The position numbers and the translations under genes are program-made. Of a DNA stretch of 64,000 nt, positions 40,062 through 54,891 are shown piece after piece. Each line of letters starts with the position of its first letter. Positions within the stretch are counted from its first letter, which is position 1. Under the pieces are notes generated by a model. The model was not told where the DNA came from. It saw only the letters and a list, made by a program, of their open reading frames with translations, and did not search any database. The DNA is from the human T2T-CHM13v2.0 reference genome, Homo sapiens: the NCBI RefSeq assembly GCF_009914755.1, contig NC_060935.1, one strand, 5' to 3'.

Positions 40062-41399
40062 TCAATCCGCTTCCAATCTATGGAATCAGGAAACACTCAA
40101 CCAACCTAGATTTATTAATATTTTAGTATAACATAATACAGTGTTACTTTTTATAGCATTGACCGTATATGTCCTTTTGCTCCTTGGAGGAAAGGCAATT
40201 AATAGCTATTATGTGAGTTAATAAAATAAGCCCAGGATTTATGATCGTAACTAACCTGTTCCCGTTGGTTTTCCTTGTCTCCTGCAGGCAGAGAGCTGAT
40301 CAAAACAGCAAAAGCAAAGCAGTGCCTCTGGCCCAGTTCTGAAGCCAACCTTCCTTAACCACCCAGACCCATCCCTGGTTAGGACTTGCTGTGGATTCTC
40401 AGGTGACTCCATCTCAGGATACAGGGACTGAGAGGGTGTATGCAACATCTCAGACCCAGAAACTGTTGATTCTGTCTAAAAACACAGCAATAACCACATC
40501 CCACCCTCTTGATTTAAATGAAAGTGTTTGGGGGAATAAAAGATGAACCTTTTTTTTTTCTTTGTCAGATCTTGCGCTCATTTGGTTCTGGTGGGGAACA
40601 ACAGCTGTGAGAGAACACGTGTATTCAATTAGAATTAATTCCCCTCTCTTATTCTCACAGCTGAGCAGGGCTCAAGTGCCTCTCATCTGAAAGAGGTAAT
40701 AAGATTTAATCTGTCTCCTCATCTACCTTCTGCAAGTATACTTAAAAAATTAGCTCTCGGGACTCTTCCAAATGGAGTTTTATGAGGGATTTGCTAAGGT
40801 AAACGTTTTAGACTTTGAACACAGTTCAGATTTCAGGGGCAGTACTGAAATCTGAACTGTGTTGCTAACTGCCCTGCCTTTCAACTCAAGACACAATAAC
40901 TTTGAACTAAAATAATTATATTTTTGTTGTTTTCCACTCTGACCCCACGTCTATATCACCACCACCCCCAATCCCGCCCCCCAGGAGCTAACTCCTCCTT
41001 CCTGTCCCTGCAAGATCAAAACTCCTCCTGGAAGCCCCGCTAGCTCTGTCTGCTCGCCTTCGTGGCAGATATCACTATTGTACTTTTATACTCATTTGTG
41101 TGATAAGTACTTCAATGTCCACTTCTTCCACGAGCCCCTGAGCCCCTGGAGGGCCTGGACCACACCTAGTTTTTCTCACTGTTACATATCCCTTGCCAGA
41201 CACATGGTAGACGCTTAATAAGTATTTGGTGAACGAATGGCTTGTTTGGTGACAGTCCAAAGGCTAGGGGACAGAGGGAAAGCTCCCTCCTATCGGGCCC
41301 CAGACGGGTGGCGCTGATGGAGAGGAGGCTAGGATAAGGCCTCCAGGACCGAAGCGCGCACCCATAAGGCCCCTGCCAAAAAGACCTTCCTGAAGGCGG

Positions 41400-42940
41400 A
41401 GGAACTGTGAGAGTGCCTACGTTGGCCCAAGGCCTGACCCGACGATCCCGGGGACCCTAGCCCTAACGGCCCCGCCTCCTGGGCCCCAAACCCGGACTCG
41501 GCCCCGCCCGAAGCTCCGGATCCTGGGGCCCGACCATGGCCCCGAGTCGGCAGACCGTGGACTCGCTCCTGGGCCTGCCTCAAACCCTCCGCAGGTAACG
41601 CCTCCCGAACTTGAGCCACACTCCAATCCCCTCCTCAAACCCCTCCCCGTTTCTCACACCTTGGACCCCTCGCTCCGTCTCGGCCCAGCCCCAAGCCCAG
41701 CTCCCTCTCCGCCCCTGAGCCCAGCCCCGACCCGCCTCCCAGTCTCTTGGTCCCTCCCGACACCGGCCCCTCCCTAAGCTCCGCCTCCCAGGGCCCGCCT
41801 CCTGAGCGCAGCCCGCAGCCCGGACTCGGCCCCGCCTCCCGGACCCTGGGCCCCTCCCCACGTCGGCCCGTCCTAAGCTCCGCCTCCCAGAGTCCGAGCA
41901 GCGCCTGGCCACGTGCTACGACATAGCCAACGCCCCGCCCTGGCCCCGCCTCCTGAGCGCTTCTCCTGGTCTGGTCTTAGCCCCGCCCCAAGACCTGTCT
42001 CCTGGACTCTGCTCCGAGTCTCGCCTCCTGAACCCAATCATTGTTTATCCCCACCCTAACGCCCGCCTCCGGGAATCTTATCCTGCCCCCATGCAAGGCC
42101 CCGCCTCCAGGACGCCTCCAACCTGGACGCTTCCGAAGCCCCACTTCCAGGATCGCCCTGTCCTGGCCCCGCCCCAGGACCCACCAACCTGAACTCTCCC
42201 GAGGACCTGCCCCAACGACACTTATCCTGGCCCTACCCCAGGCCTCGCCCTCATAATGCTCATCCTAGCCCCACCCCAAGCCCCGGCCTCATAACTCTCA
42301 TCCTGGCCCCGCCCTAGAGCCACCCCCACGACTCTACCTCCAGGCCCCGCCCCCTCTCTGCCCCGGTGCACTGCCCTGGGCCCGCCCCCTCTTCAGTCCA
42401 GGCCCGGCTTCCGCCCGGTCTCCCGGCAAGGCTGAGGCCCCGCCCCCGTCATGGCGCCCGAGGAGAACGCGGGGAGCGAACTCTTGCTGCAGAGTTTCAA
42501 GCGCCGCTTCCTGGCAGCGCGCGCCCTGCGCTCCTTCCGCTGGCAGGTGGGCGGCGGGGCTAGCGGAGAGGTCCGCGGGGCTCGCGGGAGTCCAGGGGCA
42601 GACGGGATGGGTCTCCGTGCTGAAGCCCCCGGCGCTCCCGCCACGTGAGTGCCTGGGCTCTCGCCGGTCAGGTCCGCGCGACCCGGTCCCCGTCCCTGGG
42701 GCCTGGCCAGAGTCGCTCGCACCCTTCTTGCCCCGCGGGCTGGCGGCGTAAGCTGGGGGCCTCTCCACCGTCTTGGGAGGCACACGCGCACTCGTTGTGG
42801 GGTACAGTTCACGATCATTTTCACGACTTTTTAAAGACAGTAATCCTTCTGGTCACTGGGACACAGCTGCCCTCGCCCATTCTAAAAAGTCAGCGCCCTC
42901 AGGACCGCGGGTAACCACGTCCTACTGAGCGCGGTGACCA
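41400..42940. promoter_or_regulatory. CpG island / GC-box promoter of the FAM86 gene
   Basis: High GC and CpG content, many GCCCCGCC(T/C)CC Sp1-type boxes directly upstream of ATG 42451. Confidence 0.85.
42451..42546 (+). CDS. FAM86C1P: FAM86C1 exon 1 (EEF2KMT paralog, FAM86 domain)
   Basis: MAPEENAGSELLLQSFKRRFLAARALRSFRWQ; donor CAG/GTGGG. Confidence 0.85.
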
Positions 42941-44696
42941 GGTCACAGGCTGTCCCTCGTGCCTCAGTGTTCTCATCTGTATGTCGAGCACTGCACAGAA
43001 TTAGCTCATGCGCTGAGGCTTTCACACCTGTGATGGAAGAGACAGAGAAGGGGGTGGCCTCTCCTCTCCCTGGAGACCTGCCATTCTCAGCACAGGCCCA
43101 TGGCAGGCAGCAGCCTCCCTTCTGCCAGTAGAGGGGCTTAATGCACCTGGCCCCATTTGTAATTCATGTGCGGTGAGCTCACTGGGATGAGTCAGTTTGG
43201 ATATATATTCCTCCCTGGGTCTGCCCCATTTTATGGGTGTTGCTTAATCATTTGGGTTATTCCATTGACATAAAATATTTAGCACTCAGAGATCATTTCT
43301 GGTCAGGAGAAATTTGTGCATTTTTAACCCAAAATAGAAACCTTCATAAAAGCATCATAGGTCTCCATTCAATATTGACTATAATTGTTCACATGCCCGC
43401 GCTGCATGCTAACTTGGGCTCACCCTCAACACCCACGAGGTGGGTACTATTATTATCACTCACATTTAACCAGAGGGATTGTTTGATTAGGGTGCAGTAG
43501 TTGAGAGTTCACACCCAGGAGACAGCCTGCCTGCTTCGAATCCTGGCCCAAGCCCTGGCCCTGTGTGACCTTGGGCAAGTGACTGCATCTCTCTGTGCTG
43601 TTGTTTTCTTATTAATAAAATGAGGGATATAATGATACCTACCTCTTAGGGTTGTCGTCAGGGTTGAGTACAAAAGCCTGTGGATCAGTGCCTGGCTCAT
43701 GATAAATGCATGTCGGTGTTAGCTAGTGTTTTTATTCAGTCTCAAAATGTTTAATAAATGCCTTCCGTGAGCCAGCCACCATGGATCAGCAGTACCCATG
43801 ACAGATGAGGCTCTGCTTGCATGGGAGAGCCAGAGAATTAACAAATAAATGAATAAACAAGAAAAGACCAGATGAGAGTGGCTTTAAAGCCAATAAAACA
43901 GGGAAATGGTGAATGGAGCAACTGGGGAGAAGAGTCACCAAAGTCGGGGAATCAGGGAAGCCTTCCCCAAAGAGGTGGCATTTGAACTGGGGCCTGAGTG
44001 GTGAAGCAGCCAGCCATGGGAAGGGCTTGGGGAACAGGATATGCAAAGGCCTTGTGGTGGAAACAAGCCAGCTGTGGTTGAGGAACAACAGCAAGGCAGC
44101 CAGTGTGGCTGGAGTGGAGTGAGCAGGGTGGGCCAGAGGCGAGGGAGAACAGGCCAGAGAGAGGGATTAGGACCAGGTCTTGTAGGGTCTTTTATGGCAT
44201 GGAAGGAGCTCTGAAGCAATGAAGTGCCTTGCCCTGTGTCACATATCAGCCGAGACAGTCTGGCTAACTCTGGAGCCAAAGTTCGCTGCTGGGCTTGAGG
44301 TCCCTGTAAGAGGACAATGTAACCCAGGCTGGTATGGGCACATTCTGCATTTCCACTTAAACTCAGATGGCAAGCCCATCAAACTTTGGTGCCATGGCTG
44401 CCCTGGTAATTCCTGGCTGACCAGTGCAACCAGGGAGCTGGCCCATGACGTGGGTGGCCGCTAAGTAGCCAGGACTAATGTGGCCAAGAGTCAGTCTTCT
44501 AACCTTCTTCCTGTGACTCATCCAGGTGCACCCTGCGACATCTGAAGGTCAGGCTTTCAGCTGCTGTGGCTTCCACTTCCAACTGGCTCCACATCCCCAG
44601 GGAGAGATCACACAGCCCTTTGCCAACTCATTCTATTGCGTGTTTAATGTTCCTGTGAATGCACCCTTGAGATTTCTCTCTCTCCTCTCCACACAG

Positions 44697-44759
44697 AGCT
44701 TAGAAGCAAAGTTAAGAGACTCATCAGATTCTGAGCTGCTGCGGGATATTTTGCAGAAG
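44697..44759 (+). CDS. FAM86C1P: FAM86C1 exon 2
   Basis: AG/GT; SLEAKLRDSSDSELLRDILQK. Confidence 0.88.
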
Positions 44760-45641
44760 GTAAGAATTCCAGAGTCCCTGGGACTCATGACCCTGCCTCC
44801 TGAATCTCTCCGGAAGACCTGAGAGAAGAAGCACAGGTGTGCTTGTACCCTTTAAAAACACCCCTGTTCAAGGAACAAAACCATTGAGTCAGCACTGCAG
44901 GTGGGTGTCGGCACCTCCAACAGCTCCAGCTCTTTCATTTTCTATCTAAGACTTAGACAAAGATATCAGAATATACAAAATTCTGCATGAGAGGGGGGAA
45001 TCTAGGGAAAGTTTTTTAAACCCCCCACAGCAAAAACAGAGATGACAGGTGCAAAACAGCTTCTAACATTTGGTAGATGCTCAGAGACTTTCTTTTTTGC
45101 ATTCGTGAGGCCTGTCCTGCCCACTCCTGTCTCTTCTAGACCTAAATGGGCCCTTACTTTGCCCAGGGTGGGGTTTGGACTCAAGAGCATCTGCATGTAG
45201 GTGAGAGGCAGGATCACCACCCGGCCCAGCCACAGCCTGACCTTGGCCTTGAGGGCCAAGTGCAGATCACCCTGCATCCTGGGTCTTCACCTTCGAAGAG
45301 CCATGAGCCCTTCTGAAAAGACAAAGCAATAGACTCCCTCCCAGAAAGAAGTGCACCAGAAGAATACATTTTCCATACAAACTCTGGAGGCAGACATTGT
45401 CCACCCCCACCCACCCAGCCCATCCTAGGAGCCCCAGTGAAGAATTCCTGTGCTAGAGGTGAACCAAGATTATCCATGTGGAAAAGATGCAGCCACAGCA
45501 GGGAAGACTTTTGGGGCAATACAGTAGGTCAGGGCTTCGAGCATGGAGATACCTGAAGTTGTCTTGCACCCTGCTCTGAGTTTCACCCTGAGCATCACTC
45601 TCGTAGGTGGTGAAGCATGAAATGTAGGAATAGCTGCTTTA

Positions 45642-46146
<505 letters not shown>

Positions 46147-46652
46147 TCAGAGCTTGCACCAGCTGTTGCCACTGCCTGGAACTTGCTCGTCCTGCACTTG
46201 ACTTCTCTTGGCTTTAGCTGGAGTGTCACCCTGAGCGTCCCCTCCCCTCCATCCTGTCCCCAGGGACACACGCTGAAAGAGAGCAGTTGCCGAGTGGGCC
46301 TTCCCTCCTCTTCCATAGAGCCAGACAGTTGGCGACTGTCTTTACTGCAAACGCTGGTTCACACTGGCTCCCCTGGGAGGGAGGTGGTTTGGGCCCACGT
46401 GCCCTGTGTTCCTGCTCAGAATGGGCATTAGAAATGCTGCCATAGCCTGTGCCACTGCAGTGGAAGCATTTTTAGGAAACGGCTTATAGCTTAAGACAAA
46501 CTTCAGATGCATGGGGCCAGAACGCTGTGTCCATCTGCATCTTTGCTGAGGGATCCGGTAGCCTGGAGTTTGCCCTCTGCCATGTTGGCTTGAGGCTCAT
46601 AGGCGACTTAAGACGGGCTCTCGAGCAACCAATGTTCTGTCCCTTGCAGTAG

Positions 46653-46733
46653 ACTGTGAAGCATCCTGTGTGTGTGAAGCACCCGCCGTCAGTCAAGTAT
46701 GCCCGGTGCTTTCTCTCAGAACTCATCAAAAAG
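46653..46733 (+). CDS. FAM86C1P: FAM86 exon 3 (alternative; CAGTAG tandem acceptor)
   Basis: TVKHPVCVKHPPSVKYARCFLSELIKK; donor AAG/GTCAGT. Confidence 0.75.
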
Positions 46734-47361
46734 GTCAGTTATGGGCAGTGTCCGCCCAGTAGCAGGACAGCATAGCCACCTGCGTGCTGCAGACCTCATC
46801 CTTCCCAGGCCCTGGGCCTGCTTTGCAAACCCCAGTATGGCAGGGGCCTCCCCAGGCAACTGGCTGCAGCCGCGTGTGACCCATGGGAGACAGTGCAGGG
46901 CGGGAAGAAGGGAAGGCCAGCGTCTCTCCCTCACTCTGCCTCCTGGGGTTTCCGCAGCAGCTGCTTCTCTGGGGCCCCAGCTCCTAGCATATGGATTCTC
47001 ATTCCTACCAGGCTGGTCCAGCCCACAGCACTGGAACCCTCACTCACACCCTCTGTCCTGCCCGCCGAAGGGTTTGGAGTTTCCTGCTCTTGTCCATCTC
47101 TGGGTTGCCCCACGGGCCCCTGTTGGAAGGTTTAGCTCTTGCCATACCTTTGGAACTACTTCCGCTGGTGAATTCTCTGCATTGATCCTGCTGGAATGAG
47201 CTCTTTCCTGACTGATACAGGATGGATTTTATTTTTTACTTATTTATTTTTTTGAGACAGAGTCTCACTGTGTTGCCCAGGCTGGATTACCATGGCACAG
47301 TCTTGGCTCCCTGAAACCTCTGCCTCCTGGGTCCCAGCAAGTCTCGTGCCTAGCCTCCTAA

Positions 47362-47628
<267 letters not shown>

Positions 47629-48293
47629 TGAAAGGGCCACACTTTTAGCAAATAAACAATCCCCTGCTTCTCCAATACCTTCTTTCTCCCTAGTCCTCCC
47701 CAAAAGGGTGCATCTGTGGTCACCAGTAGGTCTGCCCTGTGCCACCAGGAGAGGGCAGCAGTCACCCAGTGTACCCTGCTGCTGCCCTGTGAATCTTAGG
47801 ATGGGGCCAGCCGTGGAGAAGCAGCCTGCTGACAGCCACAGCCTGCAGCATGGGCCGCCCTCACAGTTCTGCCTGGGCTCACTTAAAAGCACCTTTTGTT
47901 TTCCTCCTCTCTGTCATGGTCATGTGGCAGCTCTCACAGAATCCTTGTCTCCTGCCCTAGACTACACCCAACCCTACACTTTCAACACCTCTCTTTGAAG
48001 GCCCTCCCATCCAGGTTTCCCTACCAAGTGAATTTTTTTTTTAGAGACAAGGTCTCTTGCCCAGGCTGTCCTTGAACTCCTGGGCTCAAGCAGTCCTCCC
48101 ATGTCAGCCTCTAGAGTAGCTGGGACTATTCGGCACACACCACCACGCCCAACGAAGTGAATATTTTATATGGCAGCTGGCCGGTATTACACCATTCTAT
48201 CCCATATCTCCCCTCCAAACTTGGTGAAAATCATCTGGCCATTTTTACAGATTAGAACGAAAGCAAACAAGCTCTCACTCTGTCTGCCCCCAG

Positions 48294-48395
48294 CACGAGG
48301 CTGTCCACACAGAGCCTTTGGATGAGCTGTACGAGGTGCTGGTGGAGACCCTGATGGCCAAGGAGTCCACCCAGGGCCACCGGAGCTATTTGCTG
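48294..48395 (+). CDS. FAM86C1P: FAM86C1 exon 4
   Basis: AG/GT; HEAVHTEPLDELYEVLVETLMAKESTQGHRSYLL. Confidence 0.88.
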
Positions 48396-48586
48396 GTATG
48401 AGAAGGACACCCTCCTCCCCCTCACAGCCCAGATACCCTTCCCGCACAGACAAAGTGAAAACATGGGTGTGGGTTCAAATCCTGACTCACCCAGTCTGCA
48501 GTCTTAGACATGAGGTTCGTCAACCTTCTTTAGCCTCAGTTTCCCTGTCTGTAAATCAAGCACTTCAACAACAACAGCATGTCTTA

Positions 48587-48980
<394 letters not shown>

Positions 48981-49622
48981 TCAGGAGGATGAGGCAGGAG
49001 AATCTCTTGAACCCAGGAGGTGGAGGTTGTAGTGAGCCAAGATCGCGCTATTGCACTCCCACCTGGGCAACGAGAGTGAAACTGTCAAAAAGAAGTAGAA
49101 AAATTAGCCAGACATGGTGACACATGCCTGTAGTCGCACCTACTTGGGCAGCTGAGGCAGGAGAATTGCTTGAACCCAGGAGGCAGAGGTTGCAGTGAGC
49201 CAAGATTGTGCCACTGACTCCAGCCTGGGGAACAGAGCTCAAAAAAAATAAGATAAAACATAGATACAGAAAACCACAAAGGAAAAACATAGCATATTGA
49301 ATCATCACAAGGCAGCCACCCCTTCATAGCCACACCCGGCCCCTGGCCACAACTGACCTGTGCTCCATCGCCAGAATTCCATTGTCTCAGGAATGTTCAA
49401 TGAATGGAATCCTGTGTGGCCTGAGATGAGTGTCTTTCATGCCACGTGACACCCTTGAGGCCTGTGCAAGCTGTTGGCATGTCAACAGTTAGCTGCTTCT
49501 CATTGCTGAGTGGCGATTTGTCCTGTCATGGTTTATTCAGCCATGTGGTGGATGGCTGCTTGTCTTCTAAGCCACTTGCCTTCTGATCGCTGGACTGACT
49601 CTCTCGCCTTCTCTTGGTGCTG

Positions 49623-49756
49623 CCCTCGGGAGGCTCAGTCACACTCTCCAAGAGCACAGCCATCATCTCCCACGGCATCACAGTCCTGGTCACATGGGAT
49701 GCCGCCCTCTACCTTGCAGAATGGGCCATCGAGAACCCAGCAGCCTTCACTGATAG
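49623..49756 (+). pseudogene. FAM86C1P: Disabled EEF2KMT exon 5 homolog
   Basis: PSGGSVTLSKSTAIISHGITVLVTWDAALYLAEW; acceptor is TG (49621-49622) rather than AG. Confidence 0.82.
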
Positions 49757-49838
49757 GTGACCTCAGGGCACAGGGCAGGGCACCGAGGCAGGCTTACCCT
49801 GGTGCAGTCGCAGACATGACCCCCTTTCCTCCCACCAG

Positions 49839-50104
49839 GACTGTCCTAGAGCTTGGCAGTGGTGCTGGCCTCACAGGCCTGGCCATCTGCAAGATGTGCC
49901 ACCCCCGGGCATACATCTTCAGGGACTGTCACAGCTGGGTCCTCTAGCAGCTCTGAGGGAATGTCCTTCTCAATGGCCTCTCATTAGGTGCAGATATCAC
50001 TGCCAACTTAGACAGCCCCAGGGTGACAGTGGCCCAGCTGGACTGGGACGTCGCGACGGTCTGTCAGCTCTCTGCCATCCAGCCAGATGTTGTCATTGCA
50101 GCAG
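49839..50104 (+). pseudogene. FAM86C1P: Disabled EEF2KMT exon 6 homolog (SAM-binding motif I)
   Basis: VLELGSGAGLTG; in-frame stops TAG 49945-49947 and TGA 49954-49956; QLDW, PDVVIAA. Confidence 0.88.
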
Positions 50105-50930
50105 GTAATGCCCAGCCCCGGGCATCCTGTGCAGGCGGTGTCCTTGCAGCTCTAACCAGCTCTTGGCTCTGGGAAAAGGGAACAATGGATGCTGTTGGGC
50201 ATGGACATGATGGGGCTTCCAGAAGAGTTACTCTGGGCCTCCAGGGTGACATCAAAGGACAGGGGTGCCTCTTAAGCTGACCTTCAAGCCACAGCCCTCT
50301 TGTTGGAGACAGGCATACTCCCGTTACAGTCGTCACCACATGGCTCTGTCCCAGAGCCATGCCTGTGTGTTTCAGAGACCACAGGAGGAAAACAACCACT
50401 TCTGGGATAAGGACAGGGCCCTTGAGAGAAGGTGGTGTTTGGCTGGGCCACGGAAAACCCCTCACCCCTGCCAGCACGCTCAGTCTCCTCTCTGGTCGAA
50501 CAGAGCTCTGCCTGTGGTCCTGGGTCCCAGCCCTGAAAATCACAGGTCCAGCAGTGGCCAGGGACACAGGCCCACCCCTGCAAGCCAGCAGACAAATCCG
50601 CAGACACCTGAAACACGAAGTTCATCGCAGGGTCAGGCTTTGTGTCATTCACAGCCCTCTAGATAGGCCGAGAACCAGAGCACGTTTTTTAAGGAACACC
50701 AGTGAGTCTGGAGATTTTTTTCTTTTGCTTCAGTCTTTTGCAGCTTTCTCTATTAAGGGTTCTCCTTTTTCACCCAAGTAATTGCCTTTCCATCTAATGG
50801 CCCAAATGATCAAATGGCATCTACTAGTCTCATATGACCGCTGCCTCTCTGGCCTCGCCCTTCTGCTGAGGTCAGCATGACCTGGAACTGTCCGCTGGTC
50901 CCTTTCAGTAACCTGAAGCTTTCACCGTAG

Positions 50931-51080
50931 ACGTGCTGTATTGCCCAGAAGCCATCGTGTCGCTGGTCGGGGTCCTGCGGAGGCTGGCTGCCTGCCGGGA
51001 GCACCAGCGGGCTCCTCAATTCTACATGGCCCTTACCGTCTGCAACCCAGAGATGTGCCAGCTGTTCACCACCGAGCTAT
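50931..51080 (+). CDS. FAM86C1P: FAM86C1 penultimate exon (open in both ancestral and shifted frame)
   Basis: AG/GT; ancestral frame DVLYCPEAIVSLV..., shifted frame TCCIAQKPSCRWSG...CSPPSY. Confidence 0.82.
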
Positions 51081-51984
51081 GTGAGCCCCCACGCCCACCC
51101 GGGCCTGCATGGTCCCCAAGCTGTCCCTACAGGACTCCAGTGGAAGTGAAAGAACTGGGGGCCGGGGAAAAGCTAGGATGCCCCACACTCCCACACCATG
51201 CGGGGAACTAGGGCAGAGGCCGGTGAGAAGGGTGGGCTCGGGTCGTGGGGGGATTGTGGCAGGAGGAGGGCAGCTCAGCACAGGGAGGGAGGATTTGAGC
51301 CCAGCAGCCCTACTGTGTGCTTCAGAGCAGGGTTCCCTAAGCCCTTGGGCCTCGGTTTCCTCATCTATAAAATAGAGGTGGCAGGAGGGGCAGTCGGGGT
51401 CAGGTTTGGACACAGCTGTGGCCTGCAGGACGCTGGAGCACAGGCTGTACAGGCGGATCCACCACGCCACTGTCCTGAGCACCCAGTCAATGGAAGATGA
51501 GCAGGGTGACTATAGAGAAGGGGAACTGGCCCCGTAGTGGGCCAGCCACTGTCCTCAGACCTGACATTTGTCAGCCCCCGCACCTGTGAGAGTGTGATAT
51601 CATTGTCCCATCTCACCGACAAAGACACTAGGACACACAGAGGACAAGCAACCCCCGAGCTCCCACAGACTGCTGCCCGGCCACCTGGCTCTTGTGCCTC
51701 CACTCTACACCCAAGCCCCCCATTGCCACCAGCCTTTGCCCCAGCTCCCCCTGAGCACAGCCCCTCCTGGCAGCCATGTGCACAGATGTACCCGCAGCAG
51801 CCTCTGCCTGCACACAGAGACACGGACAAGCCAGTGCCTGTCCACGTGGGGCAGCCCGTTAACTACAGAGCCAACAAACAAGCCAGGACACGAAGACATA
51901 CTGGGTTCCACGACAGAGTCCTGCACAACCTCACACAGGAGGCTGGCCGGGCGCGGGGCTCAGGCCTGTCATCCCAGCACTTTA

Positions 51985-52293
<309 letters not shown>

Positions 52294-52898
52294 TCAGATA
52301 CTTACGTGAAAAAAAACCTGCCATATCTTTTAAGTGAAAAAAACAGTGCCAAGCAGCACACATAGTATAAGCCCCCACCAACCTTTTTTTTTTTTTTTGA
52401 GACAGAGTCTGGCCTTGTATTGCCCAGGCTGGAGTGCAGTGGTGCCATCTCGGCCCACTGCAACCTCCCACCTCCCAGGTTCAAGCTATCCTCTCATCTC
52501 AGCCTCCTGAGTAGCTGGGACTACAGGTGCGTGCTACCACGCCTGGCTAATTTTTGTATTGTTTCTAGAGTTGAGGTTTCGCCATGTTGGCCAGGCTGAT
52601 CTTGAACTCCTGACCTCAAGTGATCTGCTGCCTCAGCATCCCAAAGTGTTAGGAATACGGGCGTGAGCTACTGCACCCAGCCCCATTTTTGTTTAAAAAC
52701 TAATAATAATCACCCACACGTGGTTATGAGTACCTATATTCCAACTACTCAGGAGGCTGAGGTGGGAGGATGGCTTAAGCCCAGGAGTTTGTGGCCACCT
52801 TGAGCAACATAGCAAGACTTCATCTCAAAAAAAAATTATCACAATAATCATTTTCACATAAGTATACCTATAGGAGAAAACCTAGAACATATATATAG

Positions 52899-53083
52899 CA
52901 GGCTTGTCCAACCTGTGGCCCTACACAAATCTGTAAACTTTCTTAAAACAATATGAGATTTTTTTGTGATTTTTTTCTTTTAGCTCATCAGCTATTGCTA
53001 GCATTAGTGTATTTTATGTGTGGCCCAAGGCGATTCTTCTTCTTCCAATGTGGCGCATGTAGGCCAAAAGATTGGACATCGTT
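52899..53083 (-). mobile_element. MER30 (hAT-Charlie MITE)
   Basis: CAGGCTTGTCCAACC...AGCTCATCAGCTAT...GCCAAAAGATTGGACA. Confidence 0.75.
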
Positions 53084-53808
53084 GATATACACGTTAACAG
53101 GTGCCATCCTTGGATGGCAGGATTATAGAGATTGCTACATGTTCATGTCTATACTACTTCATTTTTATAAATACGCATTTTCCACTCGTAACAAAAAACC
53201 GTGATTGAAAATCATCCCGGGTCACAGTGTCTCATGCCTGTAATCCCAACACTGTAAGAGGCTGAGGCTTTGGGAAGCTGAGGTGAGCAGATCACCTGAG
53301 GTCAAGAGTTCAAGACCAGCCTGGCCAACACGGTGAAACCCCATCTCTACTAAACACCCAAAAATTAGCCAGGCGTGGTGGTGCACGCCTATAATCCCAG
53401 CTACTCAGGAGGCTGAGGCAGGAGAATCACTTGAACCTGGGAGGCGTTGCAGTGAGCTGAGATTGCGCCACTGCACTCCAGCTGGGGAACAGAGTAAAAC
53501 TCCATCTAAAAAATAATAATAAAAGAGGCTAAGGCAGGAGCATCACTTGAGGCCATGCGTTCAGGACCCCATCTCTACAAAATAAAAAAATTACTGGCAT
53601 GGTGGCATGCACCTGTCATCCCAGCTACTCAGGAAGTGGGAGGATTGCTAGAGCCCAGGAGTCGAGGCTGTGGTGAGCAATGACTGTGCCACTGCACTCC
53701 AGCCTGGGTGAAAGAACAAGATCGTAGCTCAAAAAAAAAAAAAAAAGAATCATTCTGGATAATGGCTCTTCAGACATCTGTGCTTATAAGAACACCAGCC
53801 CCTTCTAA

Positions 53809-54174
<366 letters not shown>

Positions 54175-54481
54175 TAAGCAGCCAGGTAGATGTGGGTTCA
54201 GATCTCTGCTTCTGTCCTGCTGTGCCAAGTGCTGGGGCAGACACAGGCAGAGAGTGGACAGCAGCATGGTGCCTGCTGCTAGCCATTTCTATGCAAAACC
54301 AGATTTCTGGTCCCATCCTGGAGGCCAATTCTAGGTACCTGGGTGGGCCTGGGAACCTGTGAACAAAGTATACTGACTTAGACACCCCCCACCCCGCCAG
54401 GCCTGTCCTAGCAGCCCCACACAATACGCTCATGTCCTGTCCCCAAACACCGCCATCCTCAAACACGTGCTCTGTTTCCAG

Positions 54482-54568
54482 GCTGGACTGGGATCAGATG
54501 GGAAGCGGAAGCTCATCATGACCAGAAACTGTTTCCCTACAGAGAGCACTTGGAGATGGCAAAGCTGA
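54482..54568 (+). CDS. FAM86C1P: FAM86C1 last coding exon (shifted frame; ancestral-frame stop TAG at 54580-54582)
   Basis: TTTCCAG acceptor; AGLGSDGKRKLIMTRNCFPTESTWRWQS-stop; exons 1+2+4+7+8 total 498 nt = 165 aa. Confidence 0.82.
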   Translation, partial: AGLGSDGKRKLIMTRNCFPTESTWRWQS

Positions 54569-54891
54569 ACCTCACACTGTAGGACTCACACATGACTCCA
54601 ACGGGATTGTGAGAATTAAGTCACTCTCGTGGGAAGAATTTTTATATGGGAAAGCGGATAAAACTTTCATTGGACTGGAATGTTTGGAGAATGTTAAATT
54701 CCAAATCAGGAACCACAAACTGCGCTCTAATAAGACATCGGCTATCTAAGCATGTGGGTTCCCCCTTTCTGCCAGCAGTTCTGGTTCTTAAGAAAATCAC
54801 CATAAATCAGACATGAAAATTCTGGCTCCAAAAATAGCATTTTCATTGTGCAAATAAAAACGTGTGTATCAAGTATGACATTCCCCCAACG

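Noticed and set aside
41329-42914. Several Arg/Gly/Pro-rich ORFs on both strands
   Set aside because: CpG-island artefacts; only 42451-42546 is a supported exon.
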